Positions 18,494 through 27,269 of a stretch of DNA of 64,000 bases are shown here, one piece after another. The notes under the pieces were generated by a model. That model searched no databases and had not been told where the DNA came from. It worked only from the letters and a program-made list of their open reading frames with translations. This DNA comes from an uncultured virus (IMG/VR IMGVR_UViG_3300044608_000291) (lineage: Duplodnaviria; Heunggongvirae; Uroviricota; Caudoviricetes), in IMG/VR virus record IMGVR_UViG_3300044608_000291, one strand, 5' to 3'. Numbering within the stretch: position 1 is the first letter of the stretch; every line of letters starts with the position of its first letter. A program made the position numbers and the translations under genes.

Positions 18494-18996
18494 TTCTTGC
18501 TGAAAGCCTGACTACCAAACCAGAAGCTGATAACCGACGCCCAGATGATCTGAGTATCAGCATCCCACAAAGTAGCAATCACTTCTGCGAACGGGGTACC
18601 GAGCTTCCATGCGTAGAAAGCGCCGAAGATGTTGATGAAGCACAGCAGGGCGAACATGCCGTACGTGATCGCAGGACGGACCATTGCCCGAGCATTAATG
18701 ACCCAAGTGCTTGCACCTTGCCCAATAGCGATATCGTGTGCGTAGAGGGCTTGCTTTTCTTGTAGTGCGGCTTGCGTCATCGAGACATCGGCGTTGATCT
18801 GAAGCTGATCCGTCCGAATCTCTTCTACCTTGGCTTGGGCCTCAAATCCAGCCTTGCGCAGCTCAAGCTCCCGCTCAATCTGCATCCGGGCCAGCGCAAT
18901 CTCATGGGCCTTGTCTGCACGGTCTTGGAAGAACCCCAGCAGCTTAGGCAAGCCGCCAGCGAGGAACGAGAGCAGGGTAGTCAGTAGTGTGATCAT
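18490..18996 (-). CDS. Putative holin (3-TM type)
   Basis: RA.VRP.ITY and ISFWFG motifs, hydrophobic segments, directly upstream of the lysozyme. Confidence 0.7.
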   Translation of the reverse strand: MITLLTTLLSFLAGGLPKLLGFFQDRADKAHEIALARMQIERELELRKAGFEAQAKVEEIRTDQLQINADVSMTQAALQEKQALYAHDIAIGQGASTWVINARAMVRPAITYGMFALLCFINIFGAFYAWKLGTPFAEVIATLWDADTQIIWASVISFWFGSQAFSKK

Positions 18997-19421
18997 GCTT
19001 TGTCTCGGCTGGTTGAGATGGTGTCTTCGCCCTTGGTCACGGTCACGCGTCCGTCTGTAACATCAACTTTCATGGACGGCTCTTTCCGGTCAAGCTTGTC
19101 GAGGCGTTCAATGAGCGACTTGATGACCTCAAACTCAGGCTTCTCCTGTTTTGGATTTGCCCCGGCGATACCGTTCAGCATGGCGATTAGCGCAGTCAGC
19201 GCAGCCGACACAAGACCAATGACCGCAGCGATCTTGGACTCTTCAAGCATTAGACTGGCACCTACGCCCACTACAACGATGAGCGTGATGTAGAAGAGAC
19301 CGTGCTTGCCAATTGCCTTACCAGCGACTTCTTTAGCCGAGGACTCTGCCTCCAGCCGTTGAAGCTCGGCATTGGCTTGCGCCTTTAACATCCGGATCTC
19401 GTTTCTCACGGCGGACCCCAT
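18993..19421 (-). CDS. Two-TM membrane protein in the lysis cluster
   Basis: Two hydrophobic helices (LFYITLIVVVGVGASLML; IAAVIGLVSAALTALIAML). Confidence 0.65.
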   Translation of the reverse strand: MGSAVRNEIRMLKAQANAELQRLEAESSAKEVAGKAIGKHGLFYITLIVVVGVGASLMLEESKIAAVIGLVSAALTALIAMLNGIAGANPKQEKPEFEVIKSLIERLDKLDRKEPSMKVDVTDGRVTVTKGEDTISTSRDKA

Positions 19422-19423
19422 AT

Positions 19424-20170
19424 CTAATTAATATATACAGCTTTAGAAAGACAAAGTTTATTGTAGTCGTTTGTGCCTACAAACCCCATGTAGTCGATAC
19501 GTCCAAATTGCGTGTCGTCTTTACCGTATATAGCGACCAGCTTGCCGCCAAGGGTCAAGTGCCCTTTTAAGTTATCTGGGCGATAATATTCGCCAAAGGC
19601 AAATCTATTGCGTATTTCCGTGGCTTGTCTAGGGGCGTCTTGAGTCAAATACTTGATATACACGTTACGTACGAACAATGGGCCAGTAATGTTCAAGCTG
19701 GCTTGACCCCTATATCTTAATGGATCGCCGTAACTACGCTTCTTAATATTTGCAACAACCGCGTTAATCACTTTTTCGTAGAATGGTTCGCGTCCACATG
19801 AATACAAATTCATGTTTTCAAAATATTTCCCCGGCCTACTTAGAAACACGATGTTTTTGGTAGTAGGCTCAACTTTAACAACGGGGATGATGGACTGATC
19901 AAAGTACCATCCCCCATACTCATACAACAAGCAGTAGCGTAGTAGATCGGCGCGGAACGCATATGAGGCTAACGAGTTAAACGCCGTCAGAGTTTCTCGA
20001 CCAAACTTCTTCAAGAATTCCTGTGCTTCCGGGTTCGTATAAAGCTGATAGTTACAGTCGCCGTATACGTCTAGGACAGCTTTTTTCTTAGCAGCGAAAA
20101 CACCCGCACACTGCGTCAGGTTGATCTGAAGCTTATCCGGGTCGCACAGGAATATCTGAAAAACGTTCAT
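19424..20170 (-). CDS. Glycosyltransferase, GT32/Och1-like
   Basis: RADLLRYCLLYEYGGWYFD and ITGP motifs; DxD degenerate (DQS). Confidence 0.8.
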   Translation of the reverse strand: MNVFQIFLCDPDKLQINLTQCAGVFAAKKKAVLDVYGDCNYQLYTNPEAQEFLKKFGRETLTAFNSLASYAFRADLLRYCLLYEYGGWYFDQSIIPVVKVEPTTKNIVFLSRPGKYFENMNLYSCGREPFYEKVINAVVANIKKRSYGDPLRYRGQASLNITGPLFVRNVYIKYLTQDAPRQATEIRNRFAFGEYYRPDNLKGHLTLGGKLVAIYGKDDTQFGRIDYMGFVGTNDYNKLCLSKAVYIN

Positions 20171-20436
20171 CCGTAGAAGACGGTAGCCGTAGCGTTACTG
20201 ACGGTCGCGTACAGCAAGCTCGATACAAGAACGCCGTCTTCAGGAATTACGACCGAAAACGGGGTGCCGTTCGCAAGCGTAGTGACCGACAGGATCGTAG
20301 CGCCACCATCGCCATTGGTGAAGACGATTAACCCAGCGGTATCGCCGGGCACAATCAGAGCACCACGAAGCCGCGTCCGCGCCCCATAGACAACTCCGGT
20401 AGCTGAGACGTAAGCGGATTTAACGTCAGTTTTCAT
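20167..20436 (-). CDS. Small conserved beta-rich virion protein
   Basis: 89 aa; TDVKS...RTRLRG...IPEDGVL...TVFYG. Confidence 0.7.
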   Translation of the reverse strand: MKTDVKSAYVSATGVVYGARTRLRGALIVPGDTAGLIVFTNGDGGATILSVTTLANGTPFSVVIPEDGVLVSSLLYATVSNATATVFYG

Positions 20437-20570
20437 GGCTGGTTACCCGTGGGTTGTTGGGGTTGCGCGGGTGGGGGCGCAGGTTTGTTCAACAATTTAG
20501 CAAACGCTGCTTTAATTTGCTCTTGCTTTTCTTTTGGGTAGCTATCAAATATTTCTTTCATATTGTTCAT
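20433..20570 (-). CDS. 45-aa micro-ORF, copy 2 (not in ORF track)
   Basis: MNNMKEIFDSYPKEKQEQIKAAFAKLLNKPAPPPAQPQQPTGNQP; paralog of 22776-22916; ATGA-coupled to the next gene. Confidence 0.7.
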   Translation of the reverse strand: MNNMKEIFDSYPKEKQEQIKAAFAKLLNKPAPPPAQPQQPTGNQP

Positions 20571-20575
20571 AATAA

Positions 20576-21025
20576 TTACCCCGCAAGAATGGTGTTAATC
20601 ACGTTCAAGTTAATTATTGCATATACGTTGCCGCCGTATTCCCAAATGCCAGAAAAAGACGCAACAATATAACTAGCGGATGTACTAGTGCCTGTGACAG
20701 TTGCAATATTTAAATCTTGGATATTAGAATTGCTATTAAAATTAATTTCGACCCCAGTAAAAATTACCGCATCAAAACCCGCCATCGGCGCAATTGTTAG
20801 AGTAAGGTTGCCATCTGGGTAATGAAATTCCCAAAGAAACGTCGCAGTTTGACCAACTTCTGTAAACGCCGGTAATGTGTAAGTAGTACCTCCGGGCGTA
20901 ACCGGGATGATAGTAGGCGAACTGCCCCCGCCACCGCCACCACCTACAGGCGTCCAGACTCCATTAACTAGTTCTTGAAAGCCATTCTGTGACCGAAACG
21001 GTCCTGATACCGTTGAAGTACCCAT
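20576..21025 (-). CDS. Putative capsid decoration protein, paralog 3
   Basis: Begins MGTSTVSGPFRSQNGFQELVNG, poly-Gly linker, beta-rich C-domain related to paralog 1. Confidence 0.7.
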   Translation of the reverse strand: MGTSTVSGPFRSQNGFQELVNGVWTPVGGGGGGGSSPTIIPVTPGGTTYTLPAFTEVGQTATFLWEFHYPDGNLTLTIAPMAGFDAVIFTGVEINFNSNSNIQDLNIATVTGTSTSASYIVASFSGIWEYGGNVYAIINLNVINTILAG

Positions 21026-21027
21026 GA

Positions 21028-21507
21028 TTACTCCGTAAAGGTAATTCGTTTCTTAAACACCGCTGGGTTGCCAGCGTATATACATCCGCCTTCGTACTCG
21101 CCCGCCGGTACAACAGACCCAGCTCCAATTACTGCGTGATCACCAATCCTGCATGGGCCTAAAACTATCGACCCCGCCCCGATGAACACGCCTTTACCGA
21201 TTGTGATGTCGTAGCCCGTTTCTATAACACCATCTTTGCGCAGCTTACCTTTCTTGGCGATGTCATGCGTACCTGCGATTAACATACACCGCTGCCCAAG
21301 AAAGCTGTACTCGCCCATCGTAATACTGCCCGACGCTACATTCAGCACCGCCTCACCGTCGCAATCTACTGTTTCGTGGACATTGATCCGAGGGTGGTTG
21401 CGCCAATCTCTATCAAATCTGTTTGCCTTATGATGATCTTGAACGCGCGGGTACTTCCATAAAAAGTTAAACACCTGCTCCAACAATTGGGCAATCGTGT
21501 TATGCAC
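21028..21507 (-). CDS. Hexapeptide-repeat (LbH) sugar O-acyltransferase
   Basis: ITIGKGVFIGAGSIVLGPCRIGDHAVIGAGSVV...YAGNPA. Confidence 0.9.
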   Translation of the reverse strand: MHNTIAQLLEQVFNFLWKYPRVQDHHKANRFDRDWRNHPRINVHETVDCDGEAVLNVASGSITMGEYSFLGQRCMLIAGTHDIAKKGKLRKDGVIETGYDITIGKGVFIGAGSIVLGPCRIGDHAVIGAGSVVPAGEYEGGCIYAGNPAVFKKRITFTE

Positions 21508-22303
21508 TGGCAGCTACCTGTTTTCTTCGAAGTGCGTTTTCGTGAATTGCGTACGCGGTATCTAAAATCCAATGCTGTTTCCGCACTGGTTCTGCATTAC
21601 CAATAATAGGATGCGAGAACCGCGAGTAATGCACGTTGTCTTTATTGTTATACAAAAAGAAGTGCCCCGTGTGCCCGCCGGGCATGATGGTGTAGACCAG
21701 CCCAGCGTCGTTGTCTGTGCGGTACCGGGTGTACGGATGCTTGTGCAGGATCGGCATGATTGCCCGCGTGTATGGCACAGGGCCAGTGAGGCGGATCACG
21801 CCTAGCTTCCCACTGAGTTCACGGTTTGCCGGGTCGTGGATGTTACGCACCACGCGCTCGATGACTGCCTCTAGGAACGGATGCTTAGGCGCTGCGATCA
21901 CGTGCCACTGCTGGAACTCACCGTGCTCTGGTGCATCCCCATCAAACATACCTTTTGGTACATCTGCCCAATGGGACAGGATGTACTCACTGTTTGCAGT
22001 GAGCTTATCAAGCGGCATGATTACCGAACTCTTGATGTCCAGATATACGCCGCCCACTGCGTAGATCAGCAGATACCGAAACAGATCCGATCTCGCCGCG
22101 CCGTAGCTAGGATTAATCAGGTTGTACGTGTCCAACATCTCCTGACCGTAGTGCTGCTTGATAAACTCCACGCAGTCATCGTCGGTATAGAAGTTGTGCG
22201 TCCACCCCGGATTTTTAGCTACAAGCGAGGCGATGTTCTCTTCAATTTTCGGGTGTAATCCCGTCCGTTTGAAGAATGTCTGATGGATCTGTTTCGGGAT
22301 CAT
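21500..22303 (-). CDS. Glycosyltransferase, GT32/Och1-like
   Basis: IPKQIHQT, NPGW, AARSDLFRYLLIYAVGGVYLD, PKHPFL and LTGP motifs; DxD degenerate (DIK). Confidence 0.9.
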   Translation of the reverse strand: MIPKQIHQTFFKRTGLHPKIEENIASLVAKNPGWTHNFYTDDDCVEFIKQHYGQEMLDTYNLINPSYGAARSDLFRYLLIYAVGGVYLDIKSSVIMPLDKLTANSEYILSHWADVPKGMFDGDAPEHGEFQQWHVIAAPKHPFLEAVIERVVRNIHDPANRELSGKLGVIRLTGPVPYTRAIMPILHKHPYTRYRTDNDAGLVYTIMPGGHTGHFFLYNNKDNVHYSRFSHPIIGNAEPVRKQHWILDTAYAIHENALRRKQVAASA

Positions 22304-22310
22304 GGTTTAA

Positions 22311-22766
22311 TCAAGGAGGAGTGGTAACAGAACCGTTGATGACATCAATGACTGCCATCCAGTTAATGCTAGACGACATGCCGTAAGGCGTACTGTTAAT
22401 ACGAACAAACGTACAATTCACCATTAACGCAATACCGGGCAAGCTTCCGTCATCATTATCCCCATAAAAAATGAACGACGGGGTAATTGAGTTAAATCGT
22501 TTTAACAAGCTGCCATCTTCAGCGGAAATAATAAAACCGCCTTCGGCATCGGCGTTTGTCGGGCTGACAATTTGCACCGTAATTCTATCGCCAACAGCGG
22601 CGCTAGCCGGTAGCTGGTACGTGCCGGGGAAATCTGCGGTATTAATAGTTACAACAGCGCCACCACCGCCACCGCCACCGCCACCGATGGGGGTCCAGAC
22701 GCCATTAACTAATTCTTGGAAGCCGTTTTGTGACCGGAACGGGCCGGATACCGTTGAAGTACCCAT
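22311..22766 (-). CDS. Putative capsid decoration protein, paralog 2
   Basis: Same 22-aa N-terminus, Gly9 linker, divergent C-domain; AAGGA SD. Confidence 0.7.
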   Translation of the reverse strand: MGTSTVSGPFRSQNGFQELVNGVWTPIGGGGGGGGGAVVTINTADFPGTYQLPASAAVGDRITVQIVSPTNADAEGGFIISAEDGSLLKRFNSITPSFIFYGDNDDGSLPGIALMVNCTFVRINSTPYGMSSSINWMAVIDVINGSVTTPP

Positions 22767-22775
22767 GATTTATCC

Positions 22776-22916
22776 TTAAGTCGGTTGTTGGGGTTGCGTT
22801 GTGGCAGGAGGAACGGTGGGGGTAGAAAGCTTACCGAACAGCTTTTCTACGTTTGCCTTGATCCGTTCTTGCTTTTCTTTTGAGTAGCTCTCAAAAACTT
22901 CTTTCATGTTGTTCAT
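22776..22916 (-). CDS. 46-aa micro-ORF, copy 1 (not in ORF track)
   Basis: MNNMKEVFESYSKEKQERIKANVEKLFGKLSTPTVPPATTQPQQPT. Confidence 0.7.
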   Translation of the reverse strand: MNNMKEVFESYSKEKQERIKANVEKLFGKLSTPTVPPATTQPQQPT

Positions 22917-22921
22917 AATTA

Positions 22922-23482
22922 TTAACCCCCGCCAATTAAATTGGCCGCAGTTATGCCAATGATCGCGTATGTATCGCCTGAGTATACAATTGTGCTTACA
23001 AAAGTAGCGGTAAAAAGAGACGTAGCCATCGTCGGGTTTGCAACCCCGACTGAGTTCATGCCTGTGTTTTGAGAAATGTTATTGAAAGAATCAGAAGTAA
23101 TAGCAAAAAAGAATATTACATCTACCCCGGGCATGGGCGCCATTGTTACTTCTAGGTAATCGCCTGACCCACTAGAATTATGAAACTCCCAAGCAAAACT
23201 AGCAGTTTGTCCGGGTGCTGTAAACGCCGGGAGTGTATAAATAGTTGGGGAATTACCGCCGACCCACGGAATAATAGTCGTATTACCCCCGCCGCCACCG
23301 CCGCCGGTGGCGTAGTTCGGAATATTTAGATTGCTACCAACAAGGGTAGCAGGGCCTGAAGTGCCAGTGGTGGTAAGAGACAGGGGACTACCGCCCCCGC
23401 TTACGGGCACCCATTCGCCATTAACTAATTCTTGGAAACCGTTCTGAGACCTAAAAGGCCCGGATACCGTTGAAGTACCCAT
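22922..23482 (-). CDS. Putative capsid decoration protein, paralog 1
   Basis: First gene after the MCP; same N-terminus; extra LTTTGTSGPATLVGSNLNIPNY segment; GAGG SD. Confidence 0.72.
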   Translation of the reverse strand: MGTSTVSGPFRSQNGFQELVNGEWVPVSGGGSPLSLTTTGTSGPATLVGSNLNIPNYATGGGGGGGNTTIIPWVGGNSPTIYTLPAFTAPGQTASFAWEFHNSSGSGDYLEVTMAPMPGVDVIFFFAITSDSFNNISQNTGMNSVGVANPTMATSLFTATFVSTIVYSGDTYAIIGITAANLIGGG

Positions 23483-23487
23483 TTTGA

Positions 23488-23565
23488 AACCTCACATGCG
23501 AGTCGCGTATCAGTCTGCATGTCGTCGCCGGGTCGTCTGATACGCTGGGCTTGAATACCCCGGAT
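23488..23565 (-). ncRNA. Candidate structured 5' leader (three interleaved helices)
   Basis: Transcript CCGGG..GCGUAUCAG..CCCGG..ACAUGC..CUGAUACGC..GCAUGU-GAGG: three perfectly complementary pairs in pseudoknot order. Confidence 0.6.
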
Positions 23566-23590
23566 GGCAGAGTTTTATCACATAATATAT

Positions 23591-23620
23591 AAAAAAGAAA
23601 GGGGGCCGAAGCCCCCCTTC
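23591..23620 (-). terminator. Rho-independent terminator after the major capsid gene
   Basis: Minus strand GGGGGC-UUCG-GCCCCC followed by UUUCUUUUUU. Confidence 0.9.
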
Positions 23621-23632
23621 CCTACACCCCGA

Positions 23633-24559
23633 TTAGGCCGGGGGAGTCGGCGCTGCACCAGCCGAGCCATAGACGCCCAGCGGATCCGAAACACCGAACG
23701 AATAACGCTCACGGGCCTTGTACCGAGCATTGCCGGTGTCGAAGTCTGCGTCCATACCCGTTTGCATCGGGGTACGAATGAAGTGCTTCAGACCGTTGGG
23801 CACGTCGGTGGTCAGGAACCACGCGTTGTTATCAGTCAAGAAGTGGTTAATCGTGTAACCCTCGGGGATCGACCCGTTGTTCTTCAGGGCGTTGATGTCG
23901 TTATCCGTCGTACCGACACGAAGCTCGGTCTCAAGAATACGAGTTGCAACGAACTGAAGCGACGGCGGGATGATCAGTTTCCGGGGCTTAGCAGCGATCA
24001 GCAGACCACGTTCGTCAGTCCACGCAGCGATCTGAATAACCGCATCTTCAAGCGCAGTCTCATTCAGATCCGTGGCAACGGCCGGGACGTTGCTGTTAAC
24101 ACCACCATTGACCAGCGGGTGATTAGCCGAGAAGAGCGACTGACCGTCGCCGTACACCACAGCAGGATCAAAGCCATTGTTCAGAATCGCAGCGGCTTTA
24201 ACTTGCTTGGTGTACGCCATCGCGCGAGCGAGCGCTTTGGTATAACGCGACGAGAGCGTGTCGTACAGGTTGTCCTCCATCGCCTCTTCGGTGAGGGAGA
24301 AGCCCATAGCGATCGTCTCGTGGTTGTACCGAGCGGTCCATGCCTCTTGTGCGTTGTCGTAAGCGATGGCAGCACCCTCGCTCTTGACCGGCGCAGCCGA
24401 GAAGCCCGACAGCTTGGTTTCCTCTTCGAACGAACGCTCAGAGGTCTCGGTGGCAAAGATTTCTTTATGCTCTTCGCCGTACCGCTTGTACTCCATACCA
24501 AACAGGGCATTAAGTCCCGGGAGGAGTTCTTTCAGTAGTTGTGCGCGTGAAATAGCCAT
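23633..24559 (-). CDS. Major capsid protein
   Basis: 308 aa; MAISRAQLLKELLPGLNALFG...EEAMEDNLY...RYKARERYSFG; GGAG SD; follows scaffold; terminator after. Confidence 0.92.
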   Translation of the reverse strand: MAISRAQLLKELLPGLNALFGMEYKRYGEEHKEIFATETSERSFEEETKLSGFSAAPVKSEGAAIAYDNAQEAWTARYNHETIAMGFSLTEEAMEDNLYDTLSSRYTKALARAMAYTKQVKAAAILNNGFDPAVVYGDGQSLFSANHPLVNGGVNSNVPAVATDLNETALEDAVIQIAAWTDERGLLIAAKPRKLIIPPSLQFVATRILETELRVGTTDNDINALKNNGSIPEGYTINHFLTDNNAWFLTTDVPNGLKHFIRTPMQTGMDADFDTGNARYKARERYSFGVSDPLGVYGSAGAAPTPPA

Positions 24560-24572
24560 TTTTTAGAACTCC

Positions 24573-25334
24573 TTAGAGGATAATACTGCCGGTCGAACCG
24601 GGCCAGTAATACTCGTGACCGCCGCCCCACTGCTGGCCGCTGTACCCGGTTGCCGAGTACCCGGGCATGTTCCACTTGACGATCAGCTCCACAAAGCCTG
24701 CCGAAGTGGCGGTCTCAGGAACCACATCGACAACACGGACAGGCATAAGCGGCTGTTGAACAATATAGAGCGGGTTGGCTACGTCCGCCACGCCATACAG
24801 ACTGTTGCCAGTCGTGGTATCGCCTGCGTTAACCGCAACCAGAAGATTGCGCCCAACGTAATATGCGTTCGCATACGCCGGAGTCGTACCAGCAGCGTTG
24901 TACGGATCTTCGTAGTACGAAGGTACGTTCTCTACGAACACAACCTTGAACAGCGCGTCCGGATCATCCACAACGTAAGCTTGGATGTCATCAGCAACCG
25001 TACCTGCGGGGTAGTATTGCGAGAACATCTTCTGCTTGGTGTACGGGTTCGTGAACGAGCAACCCATGAACACGCCAATGGTGTACGGGGGTAAAGCCTG
25101 CTCTGGTCCTGTGACGCTCGCGCCAAACCAAGACATACCTTGGACAACCACAGTGCCGTCAATAGGCAACATGCTGCCGCTGTCACGAAGGATCTTGACC
25201 GGATCGCCGTAGAAGATATTGGTGTTGTACCCGCTTGCGATCTTGAACATGCGGGTGCTACCAGCGTACGGTTGACCACCAATTAGATTGATGGGCCGGA
25301 AACCGTACGGCTTAGTTACCTGAGGGTAAGCCAT
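24573..25334 (-). CDS. Capsid-associated (cement-like) protein
   Basis: PYGFRPI...IASGY.TNIFYGD.V...GVFMGC...YVVDDPD; immediately upstream of the MCP. Confidence 0.65.
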   Translation of the reverse strand: MAYPQVTKPYGFRPINLIGGQPYAGSTRMFKIASGYNTNIFYGDPVKILRDSGSMLPIDGTVVVQGMSWFGASVTGPEQALPPYTIGVFMGCSFTNPYTKQKMFSQYYPAGTVADDIQAYVVDDPDALFKVVFVENVPSYYEDPYNAAGTTPAYANAYYVGRNLLVAVNAGDTTTGNSLYGVADVANPLYIVQQPLMPVRVVDVVPETATSAGFVELIVKWNMPGYSATGYSGQQWGGGHEYYWPGSTGSIIL

Positions 25335-25358
25335 AGTTAGCTCCAAAATTGATGAAAG

Positions 25359-25817
25359 TTATTCGCCTTTGCCGAAAACAACCTTCGATTTACGCTCATT
25401 GAAAAGCGGCATACGGGGGTCATTCTCACGCATCAGACTGTTATCGACCGCCTGCATCTGAGAATCAGTAATCCCCTTGAAATGCGCGTTTCGGTCTTTA
25501 ACAAACTCGACGGGAGTCTTGCACAACATCAGGCCACCAACCACGATATTGTCTTTGAACCGGTCATTTTCGCCGGGTAGAGTGAAAATCTCGGGGTGAT
25601 CTGAAGCTCGTACAGGTTCCCATCCCTCACGGAACTTTGAGGACACATTCTTGGCATCGACTTGTCCACCCATACTTAGACGAACCCAGCGATACGCCCA
25701 GCCCGGTTCTTGATTCGGAATAGGTAGCCCATCAGCACTCTGCCACTTTTGACGGCGGACAAAGTTATTGCGGGTATCTTGTTCACGATTCGTGCGGTTT
25801 TCTCTAGTCTCAGCCAT
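25359..25817 (-). CDS. Conserved head-morphogenesis protein
   Basis: YRWVR...REGWEPV...GGLMLCK motif; between scaffold and capsid genes. Confidence 0.7.
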   Translation of the reverse strand: MAETRENRTNREQDTRNNFVRRQKWQSADGLPIPNQEPGWAYRWVRLSMGGQVDAKNVSSKFREGWEPVRASDHPEIFTLPGENDRFKDNIVVGGLMLCKTPVEFVKDRNAHFKGITDSQMQAVDNSLMRENDPRMPLFNERKSKVVFGKGE

Positions 25818-26883
25818 TTTGTTTCCTCAGTTCTAATGCAACCTGTTTGGCGTACTCTTCCAGCGGAACTCCAAGCTTCTTAGCCAGAGCTACCTGTGTA
25901 CTGGTCAGCGTGATTTTCTTGGGCGCAACGCTGCGGCTCGCGGGAGCGACAGGATTACTCTTTTGGCGCGGCTTGGGGGCCGGTTTTTCATCTTCTTCGT
26001 CGTCTAAGTTCGAGTCCTCGAACTTATCCGGGAAGAGCTGCCGCATCCGAGTATCGATGCGTTGGTAATAATCGTCGCTGCGAGTGTCTACACCCTCGCG
26101 GACCAACTTTTGATGCAACCCCAGCGCGAGGCTGGTCATCTCATCGTCCTGTCCAAACCACGTATTAGCGCGTTGCCACGCTTCCGCTTTTGGATCCGGA
26201 GCGACTGCTGGGGCGGATTGTGTTTCTTGTTTTACATCAGTTTTTGGCGTTTGTAAAGGGGCTGTTTTAGGCGGCTTGTAATTAGCCAGCTTATCGAGCT
26301 TGATTTTCGCATCAGCGATAGCTTCTTGCGCAGCGGTTAGTTTCTCCGCTTCACCCGAGTCATACGCCTCTTTGAATTCTTTCTTCGCTTTCTCAAGCTC
26401 AGCAGTAACCCGAACTTTCGCCTGTTGGACCACCATTTCCTGCGTCTTGGTGGCGCGTTGTTTTAGCGCATTATTCTCATCGATGAGTTTCTGCGCGTAT
26501 CGGATAGCCTCTTCTTTTTCCCGCATCGCAGCTTCTGCTGCGCGACGCTGGTCGTGGTAACCCTTGGAGAAATGCTGGATCCGCTTCTTGACTTTCTCGG
26601 AATACTCAGCAAGCTCGTCGTCAGTTACCTCATCAGGGGGAGTGGACGGTTTGCGGTTTCGATCTTTGGCGGGTGTGTCATCAACCACCTCAATCTCAAT
26701 CTCGTCCTTCGGATCGTCCTTAACCGCAACTTCGGGTCGTGGTTTGGCTTCCGGCTTGGGTTTAGCCTCCGGCTTATCCTCGACATCAAGCAGAACCTCT
26801 GACGCCTTAACTTCGATCTCGTCAGGCTTCTGATCTTTGGCGATCTCGTCCGGAAACTTAAATTCAACTTTTTCGAATGGCAT
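25810..26883 (-). CDS. Putative scaffolding protein
   Basis: Acidic coiled coil; W...N.WFG.D.EMT; C-terminal LT..QVALAKKLGVPLEEYAK. Confidence 0.75.
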   Translation of the reverse strand: MPFEKVEFKFPDEIAKDQKPDEIEVKASEVLLDVEDKPEAKPKPEAKPRPEVAVKDDPKDEIEIEVVDDTPAKDRNRKPSTPPDEVTDDELAEYSEKVKKRIQHFSKGYHDQRRAAEAAMREKEEAIRYAQKLIDENNALKQRATKTQEMVVQQAKVRVTAELEKAKKEFKEAYDSGEAEKLTAAQEAIADAKIKLDKLANYKPPKTAPLQTPKTDVKQETQSAPAVAPDPKAEAWQRANTWFGQDDEMTSLALGLHQKLVREGVDTRSDDYYQRIDTRMRQLFPDKFEDSNLDDEEDEKPAPKPRQKSNPVAPASRSVAPKKITLTSTQVALAKKLGVPLEEYAKQVALELRKQNG

Positions 26884-26891
26884 AGTTCACC

Positions 26892-27269
26892 TCATGCACG
26901 CGTGATGCCACGCGGATCATCAACAACAGCCTCGATGCCGTCGTCGTTCATAAGCCGATACTCGACCCCACCAACCTTGAACCGAGTGCCTGTGTTGGCC
27001 CTAAACAATACATACTGACCAACTTTGCACCACGGACCCGTGGGATATCGCTCGGGGTCTTTGTACGCTTGCTCGCCCATATCTAGAACAAGTCCAACCA
27101 TACTAAGGACATGTTCGTAGTACATCGTCTTATCGGCCTTAATCAGCCCAGACTCGTACGTTTCTTCGATCTGAGGTAGAGCAATTAACAGCTTGTAGCC
27201 GACCGGTCGTGGAATATTACTTTCAAGCTCCTCGTCGGTCATCGGGACTTCAGTAGTATCAGTCATCAT
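26892..27269 (-). CDS. groES: Co-chaperonin GroES-like
   Basis: PVGYKLLI, ESGLI, WCKVGQYVLF, EYRLMNDDGIEAVV. Confidence 0.85.
   Translation of the reverse strand: MMTDTTEVPMTDEELESNIPRPVGYKLLIALPQIEETYESGLIKADKTMYYEHVLSMVGLVLDMGEQAYKDPERYPTGPWCKVGQYVLFRANTGTRFKVGGVEYRLMNDDGIEAVVDDPRGITRA

Noticed and set aside
20576..23482. Diversity-generating retroelement or shufflon explaining the three paralogs
   Set aside because: No reverse transcriptase or invertase was seen, all copies are co-oriented full genes, and divergence is not adenine-specific.
23488..23565. Hammerhead or HDV ribozyme
   Set aside because: CUGAUAC is not the CUGANGA core, and the helix order differs from HDV.
23564..24538. 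324-aa plus-strand ORF
   Set aside because: Antisense shadow of the major capsid gene; no recognisable motifs.
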